Shown here one piece after another: positions 9,043 to 18,298 of a stretch of DNA of 64,000 nt. Location of the stretch: positions 2,880,001 through 2,944,000 of the forward strand of contig OZ252239.1 of the NCBI GenBank assembly GCA_965249485.1. Direction: 5' to 3'. How positions within the stretch are numbered: position 1 is the first letter of the stretch; every line of letters begins with the position of its first letter. The notes under the pieces were generated by a model. The model saw nothing but the letters and a program-made list of their open reading frames with translations. It searched no databases and was not told the DNA's origin. The stretch comes from a bacterium. Lineage in GTDB: Bacteria > SM23-31. Made by a program: the position numbers and the translations under genes.

Positions 9043-10173
9043 TCAGAACGGAGTATTGCGTGGATTTGTCGTAAAGGTTCCTGCAATGATTTCAAGCTGT
9101 CTGATAAGAGGCATTTTCTCATTACTTCGTTCCGGAGCATATACTGAAAGATCGATCATATATATCCTGCTTGTGGTTTCATCATAAAAAGTATAAATAC
9201 TCATAGGACCGCCAAACATTTCCTCATGGTTGACCCATATTCCCCTACACACAAGTGCCGAATAATCAGTATATGTGCCCATTTCAAATGTTGCACTGTT
9301 GAGATCCATGACTCTGCCTTCGAGTAGATTTATTCCAAGCTCCTGACGTTTTTGGATAACCCAATCCTTCGATATAAATCCGACATCGGTTGTATCTACC
9401 CAGTGAATCGTGATCATTCTGTCAGGCTGAAAGCGCCTAAAAAAAACTGTGTTACTATCTGGCCACTCTTTAAAAATATAGTCGTGCTGAATTCTGAATG
9501 TAAAACCGTATTTGTCAAACAACTCCTTTGCCAAGTCTAATTGTTCAAAATCTTCATACATTTCTAATTTTTGATAATTTTTTGACTCTTGGTCTACTAA
9601 ATGAAAAAGCTCTTCGCTATGCTCCGTCAATTTGCTCAATAACACTTGGATATTTGGTGCAGCCACAATCAGAATGTATTGATTATTAGCCCACACATCC
9701 CTTTTCTGAACATAAAGCCTCTCCAAGCTTTCCAATTCATTCCGTTCTTGTGGAGTTAAGAGTGAATTGATTATATCTCCTACTTCACTTTCGCTTTCAA
9801 ATGTGCCGACTAAAACAACAGTGTGATGTTTTTCAAATGCATGGCGTGCTTCCAATTGTGCACGTAATAATGTATACGTTACTTCCTTTTGTGGCGTGAT
9901 GATTACCCGTTCGTAAATATTTTTCACTGCATCTTTAACAACATTCCATTCATAATCATCAGCGAAAACTACAACATTTTCATATAGCCCTGTTGCCGAC
10001 GTTTTCAAAGAGCATCCTGTTAATAATAATATAATAAGTGCTATCGGCAATATTTTAAATATTACTGATTTACTAATATTATGTTTAATGCTTTCTAAAA
10101 ACAAAGGCGAGTCCTCCCGGTAAACTGCATAAAATTGCAACAATATATGCCATCCCTTCAAAGAGCACAGCAT
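9043..10173 (-). CDS. DUF4837-like lipoprotein (true start uncertain, probably near 10050-10085)
   Basis: Lipobox LLTGC; motifs DVWANNQ, CRGIW, GGPM and YAP..KMPLIRQLEII resemble DUF4837 proteins. Confidence 0.65.
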   Translation of the reverse strand: MLCSLKGWHILLQFYAVYREDSPLFLESIKHNISKSVIFKILPIALIILLLTGCSLKTSATGLYENVVVFADDYEWNVVKDAVKNIYERVIITPQKEVTYTLLRAQLEARHAFEKHHTVVLVGTFESESEVGDIINSLLTPQERNELESLERLYVQKRDVWANNQYILIVAAPNIQVLLSKLTEHSEELFHLVDQESKNYQKLEMYEDFEQLDLAKELFDKYGFTFRIQHDYIFKEWPDSNTVFFRRFQPDRMITIHWVDTTDVGFISKDWVIQKRQELGINLLEGRVMDLNSATFEMGTYTDYSALVCRGIWVNHEEMFGGPMSIYTFYDETTSRIYMIDLSVYAPERSNEKMPLIRQLEIIAGTFTTNPRNTPF

Positions 10174-11056
10174 CTTCTCCGACTACACCCGCAAACACAA
10201 ATAGCTCTGCTGCTGACCATTCACGCATTCCAATGCCACCAAATGATAGCGGCAGTGAAATGACCAGAGTAATAATCGGTATAAACATGAAAAAATATGC
10301 TAAGTTAATGGAAACACCGATAGATTGTGCCAGGCAGTAATGGGTTGTTACCCGGGCAGTCTGGACACAGAGCGATAGAATGAATATTTTTCCAAGCAGA
10401 GATGGATGTTTTCCAAAATAATTCAAAGAATTGTAGATCTCACGCAGAGTTCCCTGCACACGTTTAGGCGTTATTTTCATACCAAATGATTCAAACCGTT
10501 TGGCGAACGGTTTATTAAAGAGAAACAAAATTGTCAAGAGCATCACAACAAAAATTGCGGAAATTGTCCACAATACAAAAAGAGAACGCATTTTACCAAG
10601 GAGATACAATATTCCAATCACGGCTATTGTAGTCAATGTTATAAATCCGACAAACCGGTCCATCAATACGGTCGATATGGCTTTTGAATTTTTACCGGAT
10701 GTTTTCTTAATATCGTACATACGAACAATATCCCCACCAATAAAACTCAAAAGAAAATTATTAAAAAACAAACCGGTAAAATAGTAAGCAAATACGCTTT
10801 TCAATGGCAGGTGAATATCGAGATGCTTTAAGATGGTATTCCACTGAAACGTTCCGAAAATATTACTGATAATCATAAATAAAACAGCAGACAATACCCA
10901 GTTTTCATTAACATTGAGAAATGTCTTGTATATTGCATCTGCGTTATACTTGTTGAGAAGAAATAGTATTAGCAGAATGCTTATCAGTAATTTAATGATG
11001 GTGCCGAAATGCTTTTTCACCACTAGTTCCGGTGTTATATTATTGTGTTGAATCAA
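10085..11056 (-). CDS. lysylphosphatidylglycerol synthase TM-domain / flippase-like (UPF0104) protein
   Basis: Motifs FFNNFL..IGGDIVR, MDRF.G and LPLSFGGIGMRE; multiple TM segments. Confidence 0.85.
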   Translation of the reverse strand: MIQHNNITPELVVKKHFGTIIKLLISILLILFLLNKYNADAIYKTFLNVNENWVLSAVLFMIISNIFGTFQWNTILKHLDIHLPLKSVFAYYFTGLFFNNFLLSFIGGDIVRMYDIKKTSGKNSKAISTVLMDRFVGFITLTTIAVIGILYLLGKMRSLFVLWTISAIFVVMLLTILFLFNKPFAKRFESFGMKITPKRVQGTLREIYNSLNYFGKHPSLLGKIFILSLCVQTARVTTHYCLAQSIGVSINLAYFFMFIPIITLVISLPLSFGGIGMREWSAAELFVFAGVVGEDAVLFEGMAYIVAILCSLPGGLAFVFRKH

Positions 11057-13688
11057 TTTCAGATCGAAGCTGCTCTAAGTTTAACAAGAGTGATTGTGCA
11101 TTTGAATCATTCGGATATTGTTCCAACCACTTATTTAAATACAAAGCAGCATCTGAGTAGTTATTCTCCTGACGGAAAATTGAAATCAGAAGTGAATATG
11201 CTTCAGACTCAAATGGGGTTGCTTGAAGATAATCAATAAGCAATGCAGCAGATTTTTTATAGTCTTTCAGAAATTGAGCATAAAATCGAGCAACATCTTT
11301 CTTTTTGGGAAAACTTCCCGGATCTTCCTCAAGAATATGCTCAAGAATTCCGCTTACTTTTTCAAATTCTTTATTACTAAAATAAAGTTGGGCAATCTGT
11401 AGTCTGGTATTGTGATCTGGAAATGGTATTACATCTGCAGGAATTCGCTCTTCCATAGCATCAATTACGCGCGCAGCATCTGAAGTCATTGAGTTTGTCG
11501 AGTAGAAATTTGCCACATTCAAAAAAGCAACCCGAAGATTTTGCATCATATCGCTTTGTGTCCGGTCATAATAGATATCAGAATCATTAATTCCTCTATA
11601 CTTGAACGTGTCAATGAGTCGCGATTCAAGAGTATGTACTGCTAGATTTCTATTGCTAAATGGAACGAGTTTAAATGATAATCCGTCTGTTCTGAGGTAG
11701 TTCTGCAATCCTATTTTGTTGCTTTCCGATACGGTCATCGCAATGTAAACTGGTCGTTTCCAACCATTTGCCCGGATGATATGTTCTACCATAAAATCCT
11801 GAACACGGATCCCATCAGACCCTCCAGCTGATAATGTTGGAGCCATGGTAAAGTTGATTTCAAAATCCGAAGTAACTTCACGTAACTGAAATTTTTCATG
11901 TACGTCCCGGATATATTCGTTATATACTGCCGCAGAAACAGGCATAGATTTTTCTGTTTCATTCCAGGCAAACGGAGCTATTTTTTCAATATCATTGTCT
12001 GAAAGAGAAACCGGTACGGCAGGATCACCATATTTCAACTGTTTTATATACCAATTTGTGTTGAGCAGACTCAAATTAACCACATTGACATCTTTTCGGA
12101 CACTTTCAACTTCCTGCAGATACCAGAGTGGAAATGTATCATTATCACCGTTTGTAAATATTATTCCATCCTGATCGCAGGATTGCAATATATTATATGC
12201 ATAATCCCAAGCCATAAAATTGCCGCGTCTATCGTGTGAGCTAAGATTATGATTGAACTCTAGTGCGGGTCCAACAGCAAAGCATACTGCAATTACTCCA
12301 ATTACCGCTGGTTTCTGCAGGGGCTTATTATTCTTACAATAATCTCCAACTTTCGCAATAATGCCAGAAAATCCTATGCCGATCCAGATCGCAAACGCAC
12401 AAAAACTTCCAATATAGACATAATCACGTTCGCGCGGCTGGGGATCAGGCTGGTTTAGATACAAAACAATTGCTACTCCTGTGAAAATAAATAAAGCTAG
12501 AATAGCTAATGCTCTTTTGGGATCATTTTTAAAATGGTACCACATACCGGTAATTCCGAGAACAAACGGCAAATAGTAAAGGCCTCTCGGGCTGAATGTC
12601 TCGAGAATATACCTGTCAGGACCGAGTGTTGTCCCCTGTCCTATGAAATTCCACGCAAAATAACGAAGATACATTTTTTTGATCTGATAGAGCCATAGTG
12701 GTGCTTTGCGCTGAAATATTGTTGTAAAAAGGCTCTCCGTCCCATACTGCTCTCTGTTCAAGTAGCTTAAAAACCGCTCCAAATTAGACGGATCGTTTTC
12801 ATTAATTACCGGACCGAGTCCCGCACGTAAATAGATCATGATATACGTTGTCCATCCGATACATAATAGTACTATAACAATGGACCAAAGTTTAAAGTCA
12901 AGCTGAATAATATTTTTTAGAAATACATAGGTTATGATGAATATAATTGCATAAAGCCACATAAGCGAATTGGGAAATTCTGCGCTGAATCCGAACACTC
13001 GCAAAAGCAGAGGCCAGATAAAATAGACTGCGAAGATTAATGTCATTCCTAATAGAACAATATTAAATGCAAGGTTCCGCTTATAATAAAACACAAGCAT
13101 AAGAATCGTTGGGAAAGCGAGTACATTGAGCAAGTGAACACCAACCGATAGCCCGATCAGATATATACTTGCCAGAAAATACTTGAGTGAAGATGCATCC
13201 TCTTTGTGCTCCATCCATTTCAAAGCAAGCCAAAGTGTCAGCACAGTGAACAGAATACTCGGAGCATATACTTCCGCTTCTACTGCATTGAACCAGAGAG
13301 TGTCGGTAAAAGCAAAGGTCAACGCACCGAGAATTCCTCCTCCATAAATCGATATTTTATCACACCACGAATGCGGTATTCCCTTAAATTCCTGTAATAA
13401 ACTGACAATAATCAGATAAAGAATCATAACTGAAAATGCAGTAGACAAGGCTGATATTGTGTTCACTCTGAAGGCATCGTCTGCACCAAAAGGGAACATG
13501 CTGAAAATTTTCCCGACCATGAGATACAACGGAGCTCCTGGAGGATGCGGAACACCCATCGTTACTGCACATGTGATAAACTCTCCGCAGTCCCAGAGAG
13601 AAACCGTTGGTGAGAGCGTTATGAAATAGACTATAAACGAGACAAAAAAGGTAAAAAATGCCCCGATTTTGTGTCCAATCTGATTCAT
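11040..13688 (-). CDS. DUF2723 membrane protein (TMEM260-like GT-C glycosyltransferase) with C-terminal TPR
   Basis: Motifs WDCGEFI, VPHPPGAP, WFNAVEAEVY, REQYG, QPRERDY and FTNGDNDTFPLWY. Confidence 0.88.
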   Translation of the reverse strand: MNQIGHKIGAFFTFFVSFIVYFITLSPTVSLWDCGEFITCAVTMGVPHPPGAPLYLMVGKIFSMFPFGADDAFRVNTISALSTAFSVMILYLIIVSLLQEFKGIPHSWCDKISIYGGGILGALTFAFTDTLWFNAVEAEVYAPSILFTVLTLWLALKWMEHKEDASSLKYFLASIYLIGLSVGVHLLNVLAFPTILMLVFYYKRNLAFNIVLLGMTLIFAVYFIWPLLLRVFGFSAEFPNSLMWLYAIIFIITYVFLKNIIQLDFKLWSIVIVLLCIGWTTYIMIYLRAGLGPVINENDPSNLERFLSYLNREQYGTESLFTTIFQRKAPLWLYQIKKMYLRYFAWNFIGQGTTLGPDRYILETFSPRGLYYLPFVLGITGMWYHFKNDPKRALAILALFIFTGVAIVLYLNQPDPQPRERDYVYIGSFCAFAIWIGIGFSGIIAKVGDYCKNNKPLQKPAVIGVIAVCFAVGPALEFNHNLSSHDRRGNFMAWDYAYNILQSCDQDGIIFTNGDNDTFPLWYLQEVESVRKDVNVVNLSLLNTNWYIKQLKYGDPAVPVSLSDNDIEKIAPFAWNETEKSMPVSAAVYNEYIRDVHEKFQLREVTSDFEINFTMAPTLSAGGSDGIRVQDFMVEHIIRANGWKRPVYIAMTVSESNKIGLQNYLRTDGLSFKLVPFSNRNLAVHTLESRLIDTFKYRGINDSDIYYDRTQSDMMQNLRVAFLNVANFYSTNSMTSDAARVIDAMEERIPADVIPFPDHNTRLQIAQLYFSNKEFEKVSGILEHILEEDPGSFPKKKDVARFYAQFLKDYKKSAALLIDYLQATPFESEAYSLLISIFRQENNYSDAALYLNKWLEQYPNDSNAQSLLLNLEQLRSEIDSTQ

Positions 13689-14455
13689 TTTTTTTGACCG
13701 ATTATACCTATTGTCAAGAAAGTATAAAGTGATAATTTTCGTTTTAGTAAATATGTTTTACAGGACCTGCGGACTACGCCGAGCACGGGAATTGCTTTTG
13801 GATACATTGGAAGGTTGACACCTGCCGGTTTTGCTGCTTCACGAACCATTCTATAGAATAGTGATGGGTTCATCCAGTCACCGTATTCGCGCTTTATTAT
13901 TAAACTGTTCTTTTTGAATAATTTCCGGAGCGCCCCAATCGAGAATTCAGTTTCCCAACCAGCAAACCATTTATCAAATATAATAAGAACATGTTTTATA
14001 AGTGTATAAACATGGAATTTTTGAGGTACATCGACAAGAAGATATCCCCCCTTTTTGAGTACCCGAATGTTCTCTCGGAGCAATAGTTGAGGATCGTGAA
14101 AATGCTCCAACAATCCTTGATGAAACACAATATCAAAACTTTCATCATCGAAGGGCAATATTAAACCGTCACCACGCACTAAATTCAGGGCTGATTCGGA
14201 GTGTTTCAGAGCCTGCTGTACTCTCAACAAGGCATTGTCTGCATAATCAAGCACCGTCACATTGGCATTATTTTCACTTAACTTAATGCTGTCACGGCCA
14301 GTTCCCGCCCCAACCTCAAGCACACGAAGCCCCTGCACATCAACAGATTCAAGTAAATTATGTATGATACTATCAGAGGTGGGATAAATCTCCTCAACAC
14401 TTCTGTCTCGACTCCAAAAATTTTCCCAATCTGCTTTTGTCGAATTTTTAGCCAT
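13685..14455 (-). CDS. class I SAM-dependent methyltransferase
   Basis: Motifs VLEVGAGTG, LPFDDESFD and RVLKKGG. Confidence 0.9.
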   Translation of the reverse strand: MAKNSTKADWENFWSRDRSVEEIYPTSDSIIHNLLESVDVQGLRVLEVGAGTGRDSIKLSENNANVTVLDYADNALLRVQQALKHSESALNLVRGDGLILPFDDESFDIVFHQGLLEHFHDPQLLLRENIRVLKKGGYLLVDVPQKFHVYTLIKHVLIIFDKWFAGWETEFSIGALRKLFKKNSLIIKREYGDWMNPSLFYRMVREAAKPAGVNLPMYPKAIPVLGVVRRSCKTYLLKRKLSLYTFLTIGIIGQKK

Positions 14456-14654
14456 AGAAGCCGGTTACCACCATCATTATCGTTGATATTAAAAACTGTT
14501 GAATATAGGAATTTTTTGTCGGTTACGCAATGAAAAGCACATGCTCCATAATAAAACGCTCCTCATCTTAAATGAGTTCAAATAACCACTTTTCACTTTA
14601 CCAATTTGGTGAATTTTGTGGAGCCGAAAATAGAATACAAATAGTTATGTAATC

Positions 14655-14960
14655 TTAATCGTCGGCGTTTTGGAGGGCATTGTTGAGAATTCTGCCAGGT
14701 TTAAAAAATGTTTTTCTGTGGGGTTGTACAAATATAATTTCATTTGTACGGGGATTTCGTGCTTTTGGCTTTGCTTTTGCCTTTTTTATCCCCAACACTC
14801 CAAATCCCCGTATTTCAACTCTGACTTCGGGATTGGCGTCCTTGAGGAATTCAGTTAAGGTCTTAAATACACCATCAACTATTGCGGCAACCTTATCTTT
14901 ATTAAGACCGGTGCTATCAGCAACGACACGGACTATGTCCTTTTTTACGACCGTTTCTAT
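14655..14960 (-). CDS. HU/IHF family DNA-binding protein (no ATG/GTG/TTG; ATA start or base error)
   Basis: Not in the ORF track. Manual translation IETVVKKDIVRVVADSTGLNKDKVAAIVDGVF...RVEIRGFGVL...KARNPRTNEIIFVQPHRKTFFKPGR; GAGGA SD just upstream. Confidence 0.85.
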   Translation of the reverse strand: METVVKKDIVRVVADSTGLNKDKVAAIVDGVFKTLTEFLKDANPEVRVEIRGFGVLGIKKAKAKPKARNPRTNEIIFVQPHRKTFFKPGRILNNALQNADD

Positions 14961-15147
14961 TATGTCCTCGCTTCAACTCAATTGGGAATATAATATAATA
15001 GTGTTGAAATTAAATATTTTTAATTACTTATGTTAATGTGAATATAATAAATAATTTACTGCTTGTCACGTATTTTTTTTAAAATAATATTAGAAATTCG
15101 AACATTTTAACTGATTTATTGTCATTTAAATACACTATCACACAAAA

Positions 15148-15164
15148 TAGGAAAATATTACCTA
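15148..15164. promoter_or_regulatory. putative enhancer-binding-protein site (GG-N9-CC near-palindrome)
   Basis: TAGGAAAATATTACCTA, about 145 bp upstream of the flagellin sigma54 promoter; similar sites at 46678 and 55511. Confidence 0.5.
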
Positions 15165-15308
15165 CAGCACCAGACGCTTCTTCCATTACTTTCCTTGTTA
15201 TGGTCCTATTGCCAAGTGATTCAAAAAAAAATAATTACATCTAATACGAATCTCATGTTGTTGTTATTATACCACTTACATTCAATAAAGAAATCTGTAA
15301 TATATTTA

Positions 15309-15324
15309 TGGCACGCTAATTGCT
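15309..15324 (+). promoter_or_regulatory. sigma54 (-24/-12) promoter of flagellin
   Basis: TGGCACGCTAATTGCT matches TGGCACG-N4-TTGCW. Confidence 0.85.
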
Positions 15325-15435
15325 AAGTTAGCTATGCGGTTACTCGTATTAAGATGAATTTGAAAATTTTAAAAAACAAATAATATTAATGAGGAAAATG
15401 CTGGTCAACTCTTGGCTAGTTAAAGGAGGTATCAA

Positions 15436-16281
15436 ATGGCATTAGGAGATGCGACCCGAATAAACACTAATATTGCGGCGTTTAATGCGCTTGCTGCATT
15501 GAAGCGGGTAAACGTTGATCTTGAAAAACGGCAGCTAAAACTTGCAACGGGTCTCAGAATTAATGAAGTTTCCGATGATCCGGCAAACTTTGTTATAACA
15601 CGTCGTTTGGATGCCCGAATTCGGGGATTTGGTGCTGCGCTTGATAATGTGGGTACGACAAAAAACGTCCTTTCTATCGCCGAGGGTGGTCTCATTAATA
15701 TAAGCAACATTCTCATCGGCATGAAAGAAAAGCTGATTCAGGCTGCAAATGATACACTTGGCACAAGTGAAAGAAGCGCTATCAGAGCTGAAATATTGCA
15801 GTTTACCGAAGAAATCAACGACATTGTTGAAGAAACCCAGTTTAATAAAAACATTCTCTTAGACGGCACATATGTTAACAAATCGTTCCAGACCGGTGAA
15901 GGAAGTACTGATACACTATTTTTCAGCATTGACACTAATAGTAATGCAACCGGACTCGGCATTCAATCTGGTAATGTTGCAAATAAAGTTTTTAGTGCTG
16001 CAAGCGCTGCGGAAGCACAAGATGCGGTTGATAGTGCAATTGACACCATATCCTCTACATTGCAGAATATCGGTGCTAATATTGCACGAATGACCGTTAA
16101 GGAGGCTACGCTCCGGATCGGAATCACAAATACTGAGGCAGCAAAGAGTAGAATTCTCGATGCCGATATTGCACGGGAGCAGGTCGAATCGACCAGGCTT
16201 CAGATATTGCAGCAGACAGCAACAGCACAACTGGCACAATCAAATATTGCGCCACAAAACGTACTGGCGTTATTCCAATAA
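15436..16281 (+). CDS. fliC: flagellin (short, 281 aa)
   Basis: Motifs RINTNIAAFNA, LATGLRIN, ETQFN and SRILDADIAREQ...LQILQQTATAQLAQSN; AAGGAGG SD. Confidence 0.95.
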   Translation: MALGDATRINTNIAAFNALAALKRVNVDLEKRQLKLATGLRINEVSDDPANFVITRRLDARIRGFGAALDNVGTTKNVLSIAEGGLINISNILIGMKEKLIQAANDTLGTSERSAIRAEILQFTEEINDIVEETQFNKNILLDGTYVNKSFQTGEGSTDTLFFSIDTNSNATGLGIQSGNVANKVFSAASAAEAQDAVDSAIDTISSTLQNIGANIARMTVKEATLRIGITNTEAAKSRILDADIAREQVESTRLQILQQTATAQLAQSNIAPQNVLALFQ

Positions 16282-16309
16282 GATATCATCTTTCCTCCTT
16301 CAATACGGT

Positions 16310-16342
16310 AAAAAGGGACGGGCATTATGGCCGTCCCTTTTT
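16310..16342. terminator. bidirectional intrinsic terminator between convergent flagellin and cyclase genes
   Basis: AAAAAGGGACGG-GCATTATGG-CCGTCCCTTTTT. Confidence 0.85.
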
Positions 16343-16398
16343 ATTAATACCACAACTTCAGTTCTATTACAAATCTATTATTATCAGGTGAAGATTAT

Positions 16399-18228
16399 CT
16401 ATTGCTTAATTGTATTGAGCCTCCATAATCGAAACTGTTCTTCATCAAATCCTTTTATTTCCGTATTTAAACTGTCTACGGATAGTGAGTATTGAGATAT
16501 AATTTTTTTTACCTCTAAATCCTCATATACTGAATTGGATACTATTATATCTGAACCGTTTGAAAAACCCTCCAGCCGTGAGGCCAAATTTACCGTTGTA
16601 CCAAAGTAATCGAGCCTGTTATTCAATGTTACAGCTATACAAGGCCCTGAGTGTATACCTGCTTTCAAACATATTGCATCGACTCCATCTTTGGCAAACT
16701 CTTTTTGAGCATTCATTATAGCCCGCAAACAGGCAGCAGGATTCGTAAAAACTCCCATAATTGCATCACCAATTGTTTTTACAATCGCTCCATTCTCATC
16801 ATTGATTTCTTTTCTTAAAACATCAAAATGGTTCATAACCTTTCCGAATGCTGGTGCATCTCCGATTGCCCTGTACATTTTTGTTGATCCTCTTAAATCG
16901 GTAAATAAAATCGTTACCGTACCCACTGACACCTGATCTCCCGGCCGAAGCGCCTCATCAGAAAATAAATCCCTAAAGAGTTGCAACGATATAACATCGG
17001 ATGCAGTAACAGCATCATCCATCCACTGAGCATGTTCTAAAATATACAAATGCTGTTTATCTGATGTATTGTTTAAGTGAATTATCGGATCGGTACAGAT
17101 TTGCAATGTATCACTTCCCTCTTCACGTTTAACAAATCCGACTGTCAATTCTTTTGCACCGGTATCGGCGACCTCAAATGTAACATTTAACGATTCATCA
17201 AATGTTCTGATACGGTGGATTCCATGTACGAGATTTGGCTGAATCGTTCTTGTTTCCGCCGGTTTAAGTTGCTGTTGTGCTAGTATATGCGGAGTAACTT
17301 GTGGTCCTCCGACACAAAATTCGACCTCATTCAGTTTTCTAATCGATGGATTTGGTCTGAACGTTAATTCGACAGACTTATCAAATTGAGTTGTAAAATC
17401 TATGTTGCATGAATCGCAATGAACCTGAGATTTCATATCTTTAAGATGTTTGCTCCCGTCTTTCGCCCCGCGGCATGATGGGCACATTAAATCCCATTGA
17501 AAATCAACTAATCCTGCTCGAGTCGCATACAAAAAATGCTCAAGTACAGATTTTCTAGCTATTTTCCACTGATCTGCGAGTACATACGGACGAATATGAA
17601 GAACTGCCATTTCATCAGCTGTCATCATGAAATCTGCTATTTTATCTACTACATTATCACTATCGGTATGTTCGTGCAAGTCCGTACAAATACTTCGAAT
17701 TCGCTCTCTACCGTTTGAAGCAAAACGCACTTTCGGCGCTACTGTTGACGAATATGCAATATCCGGATCGTTTTTCTGTGCAAGTTTATCATAATTTCTA
17801 AACACTCTTTCAAATTTTCGTGCATTTAAAATCCCCAGACTGACAGGAACAATGAGGGTACCGATTAACGAGCTCGTCACAACGCGGACACCATAATGTA
17901 CAGTTGTCCCGTGTGATATTCTTTCGTGCAGTTCTACCCGGACATGGAGCTCTCGTATCGGTCCATTTTTGTACAGACGTATTATACTAAAATAACTCGG
18001 TCTGACCCACTCAAAAGGGAGTTCTTCGTATTCTATTTTCGTTCCCAAAATGGAAAATCGCAGCTTCCGCCCAAGCAATAGCTGCGATTCTTTTCCGGGA
18101 ACATAAGAAACTTCCGGCAATTTTGAGTCGTGATTAAACCTATTCGTATCAGAGATATATGGCCAGAGAGACTCAGGTGATACGTCCAGATTCCATTTCC
18201 ATATGTATTGGAATTCTTTTTCAAACAT
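16399..18228 (-). CDS. class III adenylate/guanylate cyclase with N-terminal SRPBCC-like and DUF5939-like (CxxC...CxxC) domains
   Basis: Cyclase motifs ILFTDLRGST, VKTIGDAIM and DYFGTTVNLASRLE; CPSC and CDSC; N-terminal LWPYISDTNRFN. Confidence 0.88.
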   Translation of the reverse strand: MFEKEFQYIWKWNLDVSPESLWPYISDTNRFNHDSKLPEVSYVPGKESQLLLGRKLRFSILGTKIEYEELPFEWVRPSYFSIIRLYKNGPIRELHVRVELHERISHGTTVHYGVRVVTSSLIGTLIVPVSLGILNARKFERVFRNYDKLAQKNDPDIAYSSTVAPKVRFASNGRERIRSICTDLHEHTDSDNVVDKIADFMMTADEMAVLHIRPYVLADQWKIARKSVLEHFLYATRAGLVDFQWDLMCPSCRGAKDGSKHLKDMKSQVHCDSCNIDFTTQFDKSVELTFRPNPSIRKLNEVEFCVGGPQVTPHILAQQQLKPAETRTIQPNLVHGIHRIRTFDESLNVTFEVADTGAKELTVGFVKREEGSDTLQICTDPIIHLNNTSDKQHLYILEHAQWMDDAVTASDVISLQLFRDLFSDEALRPGDQVSVGTVTILFTDLRGSTKMYRAIGDAPAFGKVMNHFDVLRKEINDENGAIVKTIGDAIMGVFTNPAACLRAIMNAQKEFAKDGVDAICLKAGIHSGPCIAVTLNNRLDYFGTTVNLASRLEGFSNGSDIIVSNSVYEDLEVKKIISQYSLSVDSLNTEIKGFDEEQFRLWRLNTIKQ

Positions 18229-18298
18229 GTATTTTACTTTACAATATGTACGAGAACTCCCCTTTAAAATAGAAATATTCTGTTATAATTTCAATAAA

